Shown here: positions 31,948-42,199 of the stretch, one piece after another
Layout of the letters: each line of letters begins with the position of its first letter
Numbering within the stretch: position 1 is the first letter of the stretch
Assembly: GCA_020184695.1 (NCBI GenBank)
Contig: JAANOX010000211.1
Coordinates: 10,815 to 74,814, forward strand
From: Histomonas meleagridis 2922-C6/04-290x
Taxonomy: Eukaryota; Protista; Parabasalia
DNA: 64,000 nt
Direction of reading: 5' to 3'
Position numbers and translations under genes: made by a program
Notes under the pieces: model-generated
What the model saw: only the letters and a program-made list of their open reading frames with translations
What the model was told of the DNA's origin: nothing
The model's database searches: none

Positions 31948-32541
31948 TTAACAATTACAATTGTTTGGTTCTGCATTGTTTGGCATATCGACTTTTTGTT
32001 GTATCTGTTTATCTTGTTTTTCTGCAATTTGTGCGGCAGCTAGATTGAATATTTCAGTAATGCCTTGTCCAGAAAGTGCACTCACTTCTAAAAACGTGGC
32101 TTTTATTTGTTGTGCGCATTTCTCACCTTCTTCAGAAGAAATTTTCCGAGAATCAGCTTTATCAATCTTATTTGCAACTAAAAATAAAGCAAGGTTTTCT
32201 GGCGCTAAAACACTTTGTAAGCTTTCAACGTAGATTTTTACATTTTCGAAAGATTTTGAATCGTCAATTGCATAAACTATAAAAGCAGCTTGAGAGCCTC
32301 GATAAAACATTGGAACAATGGAACGATATTTTTCATCACCTGCCGTGTCCCATATTTGCAAACGAACTGTGATACTGTCTACTTTAATTACTTTCATGGA
32401 ATAATTTGAAGATAATGTTGGAATTATAGATTCTTTAAATTCATCATTTACAAAGCGATTAATAATGCTGGTTTTCCCAACATTGGAATCGCCGACTAGA
32501 ATTAATTTTGCCTCCATTTCTTGTGTCATTATGTTTTGCAT
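31948..32541 (-). CDS. Rab GTPase
   Basis: GDSNVGKT, WDTAGDE, NKID, EVSA, C-terminal CNC. Confidence 0.93.
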   Translation of the reverse strand: MQNIMTQEMEAKLILVGDSNVGKTSIINRFVNDEFKESIIPTLSSNYSMKVIKVDSITVRLQIWDTAGDEKYRSIVPMFYRGSQAAFIVYAIDDSKSFENVKIYVESLQSVLAPENLALFLVANKIDKADSRKISSEEGEKCAQQIKATFLEVSALSGQGITEIFNLAAAQIAEKQDKQIQQKVDMPNNAEPNNCNC

Positions 32542-32916
32542 CAGCCATAGGCGGTTATTTTATTAAAATCTTTCAAATTCTCTTTACATTTTTAGGGTGG
32601 TACAAATTGTTACGATAATTTTTTGATCATTTTGTTATCATTCCCATAATCAAATTATATTTTAATAACCAAAAATAATTTTTTTCTGCTATTACTTATT
32701 GATCTTAACTTACAAATTATATGATAATTTTAATCAATCAATGATAAATTAGATAAGTTGATAAAAAAAAAATATAGCTTTTTCATTACCTTTATAAATT
32801 TCACAAAAAAAAAGTAAAAGTTTCTCATATAGATGGATTTTCTAATATAATTATATGCTTCATAATCTGATCAAAATTCTTGACATTTTTTTTCAACTGT
32901 CAAATTCTTCGAACGT

Positions 32917-33966
32917 TTGTTTTTGACTATGTTTGTTTGGTTCAATTTTTTCCAAAAATTTAAAAGTGCTGCTGCCAAAAATTTTTTGGAAATGCTTTCT
33001 CTTTATAGGCGAATGATTTTTGCCAAAGACACTCAAACTCTTGAACAAATAGCTACTGATGCAGCTGAGTATTATCGAAAAAGAATGCAACGTAATCGAC
33101 CTGGAATGACAAATGTTGATCCTTGTTCCCATATTGTTTCATATCTTGAGGTTAATGGAATTTTGCTTAACATATCCAACCGTCGCCCACCATTTTCTCG
33201 TTTTGATCCAATAATTTTATCACTTGAATTACCAATTTCCATGTTTTTCTTGGAATCCAATTCTATGCGCTTAATGACATCATCAACGTTACTTATGAAC
33301 AGTCTTCCATTTGGGCAACAATTTAACAAATTTTTTGATCATATTGGTGTTCCTCAAAATTACATCAACTCTTCAATTCTCGGACTTTATTCTGCAGGCT
33401 TTGTTTATCTCCAACAACGTAAGATCAACAATCCTGAGCCACTTTCACCACTTACATTTGTTACACGTTCCATATCAATCTTTGGTCTCTTTACATTTGG
33501 TGACTTTCTTACCTCCAAACTTCATCAATTGCTTCCATTTCTTCCAGAGTGGGTTCTTACAGCTGTTACATCACGAGTTATATCTGATGCCGCGGAATAC
33601 ATTAGTCGCATTGGTATATATGAAACGATTTCTTACTTAGTGGAAAACGTTTTTGCGTTTTTCAGCTACTTAATGTCGCCAACATTACCACAGCTTCCAA
33701 TCGAAGTCGACGTGCCCAATTCGCTTGCGTGCCCAATATGCCACGAGCTACTCACAGACCCCAAAGAGTTACTCGGATTCTTCTTCTGCGCGAACTGCCT
33801 CGATAACTGGCTAAGTAACCACAGCAAGCACCCGTACACTGGCGAAGATGTGCAAATTGGAATGTCGCAGCACTCAATGATAATGAACCAAATTGCTCGA
33901 AAATGGCAAAAGCTGACATTAGAAAGACTGAAAGAAGAAGAACAACAACAACAACAAAATCAATAA
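32917..33966 (+). CDS. Membrane-associated protein with C-terminal degenerate RING/U-box; putative E3 ligase
   Basis: CPICHELLTDP..GFFFCANCLDNWL..HPYTGE; hydrophobic central segments; start uncertain. Confidence 0.7.
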   Translation: MFLTMFVWFNFFQKFKSAAAKNFLEMLSLYRRMIFAKDTQTLEQIATDAAEYYRKRMQRNRPGMTNVDPCSHIVSYLEVNGILLNISNRRPPFSRFDPIILSLELPISMFFLESNSMRLMTSSTLLMNSLPFGQQFNKFFDHIGVPQNYINSSILGLYSAGFVYLQQRKINNPEPLSPLTFVTRSISIFGLFTFGDFLTSKLHQLLPFLPEWVLTAVTSRVISDAAEYISRIGIYETISYLVENVFAFFSYLMSPTLPQLPIEVDVPNSLACPICHELLTDPKELLGFFFCANCLDNWLSNHSKHPYTGEDVQIGMSQHSMIMNQIARKWQKLTLERLKEEEQQQQQNQ

Positions 33967-34479
33967 AAAAACTGTGTGATTAAAAATATGTTCTCATTTT
34001 GATTTTGTTAATATAAATTAATTTTACAAAACTATTTATTCGATTTTTGTTTTTTGTTGACATTATAAAGAATAACATTTATGATCAATTTTTTTCCCGA
34101 CATTCAATACTTCATATTAATTTGAAGAAATTTGTCTATTTGAAATTGAATAATTTTTGTTTCATTTTCAAATATATACTAATTACGGTTTCGGTGCAAT
34201 TTTTATAAATTGCTCTTTACTGATATAAATTTTTGATTTTTTTTAACTTTAATGTATAAAATATATAATTGCATACATTGTGTGGTCAAGTAACTTATTG
34301 CTATTATTAGTCACAAAAATTAATCCCAAAAAACTCAAAAAAATGATGGCTAATTTTAATATAACATTAAACATTGTAACTTCATTCAAAACAGCCTATA
34401 TCAAATAATAGTAAAATATATAAATTTAATTTTTTGATTATTCTTCGTTCTCTAAATTTTGTTATTTCGTTCTACTTTT

Positions 34480-35000
34480 CAGGTGTACCATATAATTAAT
34501 GTATATCTTCGTCATATCTACATCTAATTCGATGTCATTATCATTTAAACTTTGAGTTTCATCCTCTTTATTATTTCTACGTCTTAAACTCTTATCAACC
34601 TCTTCATGCAATACGTAAAACTTTCTCTATGCCAAACATTGATATACACTTATCAATGAACTTTGATTTCCCAATTTGTCTTTTTAATAGAGTTAATTCC
34701 AAGTATTATCACATTACCAAATTGTGAAGATTTAAAAAATTTCGGTAATTGAGAAATCAATGCTTTCAAAAAATATAAAACACTGCGAAATGCTTGGAGA
34801 TGGGATTTACATCCTGCGATGTTTTTGTGCAATTGTTTATTTCATTAAAAGTATCAATTCTTTAAAATTAGAATACAAGTGAACAAAGGATTCATTGAAA
34901 TGCTGTATGATGGAGCGATTGCGAACAGAATTATATAGTTTGAAAGTATTCTATTTAATGTCTCAATGATTTCTGTTGTAACAGTTTCAACATTTACCAA
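34480..35000 (-). pseudogene. Frameshifted coding remnant, possibly from a Tc1/mariner DDE transposase
   Basis: Coding-like text with stops and frameshifts; APSYSISMNP weakly resembles the PxYSPxxNP motif. Confidence 0.2.
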
Positions 35001-35214
35001 TAAAAAAATGTTACATAAATTGTAAATTTATTTTTATTGATTTTTATTACAATTTTTTTAATTCTTATATTTAAAAAAATTTAATATTCATTTTATTATA
35101 TAAATTTTTATAATTATAATTCGACATCTATTTCTTCAACGTTTTGAGTTTCTTCTTTTCTTATCGAACATTTTCATATATAAATATAACAAAAGTAAAT
35201 TTTTATTAATTAAT

Positions 35215-38200
35215 TCATTGTCTTCCATATTGGTTTGATCTATATCTTTCTTCATTTTCTTCTCTTTCTTCTTTTTCAGTTTTCGCTCTTTTCAATGAGT
35301 GTGGTCTTAATTCGTCATTTGATGGCAAAGCGAATTTATTAGATTTCCAATCGTTAATAATATGTTCCAAGTTATAATAATTTCTATGTCTATACCTATA
35401 AGCGTTTGGTGTAATTCTAATTGGTTCAGGTATTTGTCTTCCTTGTTTATCCAACCATAAGAATATGATACAATTACTTACTTCTGGGTTATTAGGGTTA
35501 ACAGTTAATCTATAAGCAGCAGCTTTTGGATTTTGATGTCTTTCACTTGTAATTGCAGCTACTGCAGTATCATAATTTTCGATCCATTTCCTATGTTTCA
35601 TCGCTGCTTGAACCTTTTCATTAATTTTATGTACAAAGTTCCAATTAATTTCTTCAAGATCTTCGAAACACATATCTTCTATCCATAATTGACCGCCAAT
35701 CATTAATTCATTATTCGACTTCTTTTCTCGTTCAACAATATCATAATTAGCTATTACATCTCCTGGGAACTTAATCATTAATGTAATATGATCAGTACCT
35801 TTACTTGAAGGTCGAAAGATGAATTTACCCACAGGCATACTTAACAAATATCGAACTGCTTCATCATTTGTTATATTCATAAAGTTTTCATCATTAATAA
35901 TACGTGGTTGAATAGGATTAGGTCGTTCACGTTTACGTCTTTCTGCTTCAATTTGTGCAAATCGTTCGCCTTCTAAATCAAAGTCTTCTTCAATATCTTG
36001 TTTAATTCGATCATAACTTTGCATTTGTATTATATCGGCTGGATCAAATGAGATATCAATTGTCATTTGTTGTTTGTTTATATGTAATATTGCTGCATTT
36101 TGTAATGTCTTTTCATCTGTTTCTCGAATTGGAAAATCAGGTGTATTAATATCATGTTGTGCATTAGCTATTAAACCTGTCGAATGAATAGCAGTGATTA
36201 TTATAAGTCGATCTTTGAAGAAAACTTTACGGATCTTAAAGTCACAACAAGAATTTTCTTTTAATGTTTCATCATTAACTAAAAAGTCAAATAATTCTTC
36301 ATCATCTAATGGACAATAAAAGTTGTCCTTCATATAACATATTTTATCTCTCCATTCTCGATAATATCGTAATGATTCATATTGTCCTGTAAGTTTATTA
36401 TCAACAGATGGATCATAAATTGGATATAACTTATTTCGATCTCTCTTTTGAAAACGTAATGATTCAAATGGACCAATAGATAATTCACTAATAATAAATT
36501 CATATAAATGATGTTCATCTTCAGGGATTTTATTTTCTTCATAAAATTCATTGATTTTTTCCTTGGTCATTGTGTCTTGAGTTTGTTCTCTATAAAAATT
36601 CTGAATATCAATGTTTTCTAATCGATTTTCTTCAAATTGTTTTCCAAGTAAAAAGTTAATTAAATTCTTCGCTTTATCATAATAATCTGGATGTATTAAT
36701 GTACCATCTAAGAATTCAATTGTTTCATCTGTAGTTTCTTCTTTATCTTTCTTCTTACTTCTTTCTGATTCATGACTTATTTCATGCGCTGGAATTCTTA
36801 AAAATGAAATAGCATTTTTATAAACATTTTGTTGATGTTCTAATATCTTATAGATTTGAAGTCTGTTACTAATATTTGATGACGATGATTTGACAGTAGA
36901 ATTTAATATGAATTCAGCATAGATAGGGCCAAATCCAGGTATGAATTGTAATGGTCCTCGATGATGTGGTGATATAAGTAATGATAAATCAATACCTGTA
37001 AGTGCTACTGCTCGTAAACATGCCTTTTCACATGCTTCATGTATAACTCCATTTTCTACACCTTTTTCGATAAAACGTGATTGGAATGGATGATATGATA
37101 AGTCAACTAAAAAGTTATGTTGTGGTGATGCTAATCGTGTAAGTTCTGATAATGGATTTTGTACTCGACGTGCTGTAGATGCTGCTATTAATACTAAATC
37201 ATGAACTGGCCGTTGTTGTGAAAGTTCATGTCTTTCAATAGATGATAATTCAGATCGTGCATATATAATAGCTGCATCAGATGGAGCAAATATGATTGGT
37301 ATTGTTGTTTCTTTTTGGATGTTATATAAAAATCGTCGTATGAATTTATATAATAATAATGACTTCAATGATGTTGCACAAATAACTATTAATTCTGGTG
37401 GTGAGGAACTTTTGAAAATTCGTCGAAATTCTGTCTCAGCATCTTGCGCTGATTTGTTAGCTATTGTAGCTTTTTCTTCTTCTGTTGGATTTTCTTTAGA
37501 TTGAAGTGCTGCTGACATAAAGACAAACCATGATTCAACATGACCATTAGGACTTACATGTGCCATGCCAATATCTTTAGGATAATCTGGATGATAACAA
37601 TAGGAAAGTATGGAACATGTTTGAAGTGAAAGATCATCGGCCGATGAACGTTTAGTGTACGGGGGAGCCGTTAAGTATGAGTATAAACGTTCTTCAACAC
37701 AATTTTGTACAAAAGTGGCAGACTTTGTGAAAAGGTCCGAACGAGCTTCATCAATCATTTGGGGCCAAATTTCTTCATAAAAGGCTTGCCTTAAAATCTC
37801 TTCACGAACAGGATCCCAAAGAGATGAATATTGAGCGACATATTCATGTTTAAGACTTTCAAAGAAATTATCAATTCCGCCATTAATGATGTCAAATTTG
37901 ACCTTTAAGAGTCCTCTTCTTTCAGCTTCTTCAATGATGAGCCACTTATCCGAACTTTCGAAAGATACTGTTAATTTATTTTTGATTCTTTTAACAATGC
38001 CATATTTCCCATATGGTAACATCAACGGTGATTCTTCACCTGTCTCTGTTGGTTCTGTACTAACTGTAATTAGAGGTCGGATAATTTCACGAATCGAATT
38101 TAATAAGAATGGATTTGTTGAAAGATCTTTTGAGGCAAATTGAACCAAATGTTTCTTAAGGATTTCCTTTGCCTTTACTTCACGTTCAGCTTCACTCAAA

Positions 38201-39348
38201 TCATTGCCTGCTTGTAAGTTACAAGATTCTTGATAATCTGGATTTTCTTCGAAAAACTGAGAAAAGCGAATATCGGGCGGATGAAGAGGTTCTGGTGGAT
38301 CTGAGACTCCAAGATCTGCAGCAGTGCTCTTTTCATCATTATCAAGTTTCATTGCAAGGGCCGATGGATTCAATAGAAATTCATCGGTGAACTTCCCAAA
38401 AAGTTCAGACCTTTTGTGGAAAAGTGCGTTTTCTTTGACTGGATTTTCATTGTGAATTTGGATATACGTTCGAAAGTCTTTGAATGCTAATGCATTATCT
38501 GCGCATTTAAGAATGTTGTTCATAAAATCATAATATTTCTCATCTTTATACTTAGCAATTTGTTCCATGGCAGATTTGATGATATTACCACGGTCTTTAA
38601 GAATCCATTCGTACTTTTTACAGGCAGTCTGTATCTTATAAATATCATCAAGATCAAAAATCGAATCAGGCTTGACATATAAGTCAGGAAGACAATTTTT
38701 GACATGTTGTGGGGTCAAAACTGCATTATTTTGTTTGAAAACTGCCAATAAAAGATTATTTAAAATTTGTATTTGGGTTTTGGCAAGTTCTGATTCTTCG
38801 TCCATGTCATCTGCATACTGGTCATCAGGAATTCTTGCTTTGAAGTAGTTAGTAATAATCCATTGGGAAAGAATATTTTGTTTTAAAATAGCTGATTTGA
38901 AATGACAGCGATCACACTCTCTTTCGAACACATCAGGTAAAGGTTCATTTGAGGCTGTATCAATTGATAGTGCACGAAGTTGTCTGGTTTTACCTTCGAC
39001 AACATTTTGCATCGTTGGAAATAGCTTCCATGCATTAGAAAGATCTTTTTCATCATGTCTAGTAGAAGCAGCACTGACTCGATGGTGAATAATTTCAATA
39101 CTATTTCCATCTTCATCAACGACAAAATCCATTTGTTCTTTATATTCGGAATTTTTCCCGTAAGCTCCTTCGTCAGACGAGTCATTCTGTTCAAGTTCGG
39201 AATCTGAATTAGATTCAGATAAATTATTTAAATTAGAAATACGACGGAGTTTTGCGCCGCTTTTTGATTTATAAAGATCTTGGATAACTTCATTGTCGCC
39301 ATCTGAAAGTTCTTCTGATGAGTCGCTAAAGTTTCGCCCAGATGACAT
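35215..39348 (-). CDS. SPT6: Transcription elongation factor Spt6
   Basis: Acidic N-terminus; YqgF-like STARRVQNPLSE; HhH LQFIPGFGP; LDGTLIHPDYY; S1; SH2 FIFRPSSKGTDHITLMIK. Confidence 0.93.
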   Translation of the reverse strand: MSSGRNFSDSSEELSDGDNEVIQDLYKSKSGAKLRRISNLNNLSESNSDSELEQNDSSDEGAYGKNSEYKEQMDFVVDEDGNSIEIIHHRVSAASTRHDEKDLSNAWKLFPTMQNVVEGKTRQLRALSIDTASNEPLPDVFERECDRCHFKSAILKQNILSQWIITNYFKARIPDDQYADDMDEESELAKTQIQILNNLLLAVFKQNNAVLTPQHVKNCLPDLYVKPDSIFDLDDIYKIQTACKKYEWILKDRGNIIKSAMEQIAKYKDEKYYDFMNNILKCADNALAFKDFRTYIQIHNENPVKENALFHKRSELFGKFTDEFLLNPSALAMKLDNDEKSTAADLGVSDPPEPLHPPDIRFSQFFEENPDYQESCNLQAGNDLSEAEREVKAKEILKKHLVQFASKDLSTNPFLLNSIREIIRPLITVSTEPTETGEESPLMLPYGKYGIVKRIKNKLTVSFESSDKWLIIEEAERRGLLKVKFDIINGGIDNFFESLKHEYVAQYSSLWDPVREEILRQAFYEEIWPQMIDEARSDLFTKSATFVQNCVEERLYSYLTAPPYTKRSSADDLSLQTCSILSYCYHPDYPKDIGMAHVSPNGHVESWFVFMSAALQSKENPTEEEKATIANKSAQDAETEFRRIFKSSSPPELIVICATSLKSLLLYKFIRRFLYNIQKETTIPIIFAPSDAAIIYARSELSSIERHELSQQRPVHDLVLIAASTARRVQNPLSELTRLASPQHNFLVDLSYHPFQSRFIEKGVENGVIHEACEKACLRAVALTGIDLSLLISPHHRGPLQFIPGFGPIYAEFILNSTVKSSSSNISNRLQIYKILEHQQNVYKNAISFLRIPAHEISHESERSKKKDKEETTDETIEFLDGTLIHPDYYDKAKNLINFLLGKQFEENRLENIDIQNFYREQTQDTMTKEKINEFYEENKIPEDEHHLYEFIISELSIGPFESLRFQKRDRNKLYPIYDPSVDNKLTGQYESLRYYREWRDKICYMKDNFYCPLDDEELFDFLVNDETLKENSCCDFKIRKVFFKDRLIIITAIHSTGLIANAQHDINTPDFPIRETDEKTLQNAAILHINKQQMTIDISFDPADIIQMQSYDRIKQDIEEDFDLEGERFAQIEAERRKRERPNPIQPRIINDENFMNITNDEAVRYLLSMPVGKFIFRPSSKGTDHITLMIKFPGDVIANYDIVEREKKSNNELMIGGQLWIEDMCFEDLEEINWNFVHKINEKVQAAMKHRKWIENYDTAVAAITSERHQNPKAAAYRLTVNPNNPEVSNCIIFLWLDKQGRQIPEPIRITPNAYRYRHRNYYNLEHIINDWKSNKFALPSNDELRPHSLKRAKTEKEEREENEERYRSNQYGRQ

Positions 39349-39550
39349 TTATGATTTTGACCAAAGAATGGCCTCGACCGTTAATTTAAGGCTTAAATTG
39401 GAATTTTGCTCCACTTTTTGATAAAAATGAATTAATGACATGAAAAACACAACTTTTAAAAAGAAATAAAATATGTCATACGTTATGAACAAAAAATTAT
39501 TATTTTTTTATTAAATTTGTTTATAAAGAAATAACCAATTTTCATAATAT

Positions 39551-40456
39551 CTAATTTTTTCTTCCTTTGATTGCAATTGCAGACACGGTTTTCGGCAGTT
39601 GCTGAAAAGTTGATATCAATCTTCCAGCTTCATAATCCCATATACGACAAAACCCTTCACCATCACCTGAGCAAAGCTTTGATGAATCAGGTGTGAAGGC
39701 AATATCCCAAACCCATTCATCAGTTTCGCATGCAACAAGATTTTGCCTTAGATCACCATTCTGAGCATTGTATATCTTTATCATACCGTTTGAGCCAGAT
39801 GTAGCGAAATATTCGCAATCTGGTGAAATTGCACATCTTAATTGAACATCACTAAATGCTTGTAATTTATAGTATTCTGTGAACTCAGAGTCTTTAATAT
39901 CGTATCTAAGTGTGATACCGTTCATATAAGATGCAATAAAAAATTCATTATTTGATGATAATGAAATTGACCGAACAGGAGAATTACTTGCACTTTTCTT
40001 TAAGATTTCTTTCGAGTTTCGTATGTCCCATAGACTAATATTTCCTAATTCACTTCCTGTTATAACATGATTTCCATCCGAAAGAACAACCATTGTATTT
40101 AATGGTTCTGTACCAGTCACTATTTTCTGTGAGCGTATGGTTTTTCTATCCCAAATTTTGATTGTTTTGTCTTCGCCACAACTAAAAAGATTAAGTTCGG
40201 ATAGGCAAAGATCTGTTACATTACTTTCATGAGCAACAGAACAAAATGACTGTTTCCCCTCATTCGAATTTATGTCATATTCAAATATGTATGAATATGT
40301 TGCAACAAAGAAATTATTATCGTCTGTAATTATTCTATTTGCTTGAGAATTCGATATATCAAAACTTCGAAGGTAACTACCCGTTAAGGTATCAAGAACA
40401 TGGATTTGCAAATCATAAGATGCTGCTAAAAGAAGAGGAGAATCCGAGCGCCTCAT
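39551..40456 (-). CDS. LST8: LST8/GbetaL-like WD40 protein (TOR complex subunit)
   Basis: LLAASYDLQI..SQANRI, HESNVT..SCGEDKTIKIWD, WVWDIAFTPDS. Confidence 0.75.
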   Translation of the reverse strand: MRRSDSPLLLAASYDLQIHVLDTLTGSYLRSFDISNSQANRIITDDNNFFVATYSYIFEYDINSNEGKQSFCSVAHESNVTDLCLSELNLFSCGEDKTIKIWDRKTIRSQKIVTGTEPLNTMVVLSDGNHVITGSELGNISLWDIRNSKEILKKSASNSPVRSISLSSNNEFFIASYMNGITLRYDIKDSEFTEYYKLQAFSDVQLRCAISPDCEYFATSGSNGMIKIYNAQNGDLRQNLVACETDEWVWDIAFTPDSSKLCSGDGEGFCRIWDYEAGRLISTFQQLPKTVSAIAIKGRKN

Positions 40457-40489
40457 TTCAAATTTTTGCGTTTTCTATGTTTTATTTAA

Positions 40490-40497
40490 AGCGGTTT
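40490..40497 (+). promoter_or_regulatory. M3-like motif AGCGGTTT in the 51-nt spacer between LST8 and the actin-like gene
   Basis: Matches DRCSGYTD, 10 nt before the ATG at 40508. Confidence 0.4.
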
Positions 40498-40507
40498 TAA
40501 ACGTTAG

Positions 40508-41623
40508 ATGGATGTTCCAATTGTTATTGATAATGGAATAGGTTTTACGAAGGCAGGATTTGCAAATAAAGAAGCACCTAAAACAATTTTCCCATCAGTT
40601 GTTGGAATTCCAAAATCAACGCAACAAATGATTGGTGGGCAAAATAAGGATTTTTTTGTCGGAACTGAAGCACTTAATAAATCCGATCTTCTTAACCTAT
40701 GTCATCCTGTTGAAAATGAAAGCGTTATAAATTGGGATGATATGGTCAAACTTTGGCATCATTGTTTTTATGATGAACTTATCACAGATCCTGAAGAACA
40801 CTCTGTTATTCTTTCCGAAAAGCCACTTAGTCCACGCACAAATCGAGAAAAAATGATACAAATTATGTTTGAAACATTTAATGTCAGGGGATTTTATGTT
40901 GGTGTTCAAGCAGTTTTCACACTTTTTAGTCTTGGCAAAACCACGGGAATTGTTTGGGATGCTGGAGAAGGTTATAGTTATTCAGTACCAATCTATGAAT
41001 CATTTCCTCTTCCTCATGCCATTCTTCATAATTCCATTTCTGGCTTTGATCTTACAAATCTCCTTCGCCAGATGCTTATTAATAATGGATGTGATGAATC
41101 TATTCTTAAACCATCTGCAATTCGTTCAATGAAAGAACACATTTGTTCTGTTTCATACGATTTCCAAACCGACATTCAAAAAGCCGAGAAAGTGAAATCA
41201 CCCAGGGAATCCTATCGTCTTCCTGATGGAACAGTTACATATGGAACAGAAGCAATTCGTTGTCCTGAAGCACTTTTTACCCCATCCATTGCAAACTCAC
41301 AATCTAATGGCGTTCATCAAATGATTCATACGTCACTTGATAGATGTGATATGGATGTAAGAAAAGAAATGTATTCAAATATTGTTCTAAGTGGAGGAAC
41401 ATCAATGTTTAAAGGACTTCCAGAAAGAATGGAAAAGGAAATTATAGCACTTGCTACACCTTCAATGAAAGTCAGAGTATTTGCAACGCCAGAAAGAAAG
41501 AATTCTGTTTGGATTGGAGGATCTGTATTTGGATCAATGGATGCATTCCCACAATTAATGATCAGTAAGGCGGAATATGAAGAAGAGGGAACACAGATTG
41601 TGCATATAAAATATTTCAACTAA
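40508..41623 (+). CDS. Divergent actin / actin-related protein
   Basis: IVIDNG..KAGFA, IQIMFETFNV, LSGGTSMFKGLPERMEKEI, ERKNSVWIGGS. Confidence 0.92.
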   Translation: MDVPIVIDNGIGFTKAGFANKEAPKTIFPSVVGIPKSTQQMIGGQNKDFFVGTEALNKSDLLNLCHPVENESVINWDDMVKLWHHCFYDELITDPEEHSVILSEKPLSPRTNREKMIQIMFETFNVRGFYVGVQAVFTLFSLGKTTGIVWDAGEGYSYSVPIYESFPLPHAILHNSISGFDLTNLLRQMLINNGCDESILKPSAIRSMKEHICSVSYDFQTDIQKAEKVKSPRESYRLPDGTVTYGTEAIRCPEALFTPSIANSQSNGVHQMIHTSLDRCDMDVRKEMYSNIVLSGGTSMFKGLPERMEKEIIALATPSMKVRVFATPERKNSVWIGGSVFGSMDAFPQLMISKAEYEEEGTQIVHIKYFN

Positions 41624-41878
41624 TCAAAATAAAATGTTGATTAATATTTAAATTGAAATTCGTGATTACAAATTTCCTTTTTGATATGATTTTTAGCAAT
41701 TTGTTTATTATTTTTTTGTAGCTGCTGTTAGATAAATATATCTGAATTTATAGCAAGTACTAAATATAATGAATAAATGACTCAAACACGTCTCTTACAA
41801 ATCATATATGATAGCACTCAAAAAAAAATTATATTGATATCCAAATTGCTTCATTTAACGTTAACTATGTCAAAAAAT

Positions 41879-41881
<3 letters not shown>

Positions 41882-41913
<32 letters not shown>
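41882..41913. repeat. (AT)n microsatellite
   Basis: Visible. Confidence 0.9.
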
Positions 41914-41915
<2 letters not shown>

Positions 41916-42199
41916 AGTACTGATAAAGAAAAAAAGTATCAAATCCACTAAGATTAAAATCTTTATTTTTTCAAATTAGATCTAATTCAAATGATATTAA
42001 CACCTGAAGAGAAATTTTTTTAAAATACCTAAATACAATGCAAAACTGAAGTTATGCTTTTTAAATTATATTAATATTTTAGATTTCATTGCCATATTGC
42101 ATGTGCTATTTATGCTCGTTTATGAAATAACCGACTTTTTAAATACTTTATATAATCCTTCGCATTTTATAGCAAAAACTCTATTTAAAAGAGGATGAT

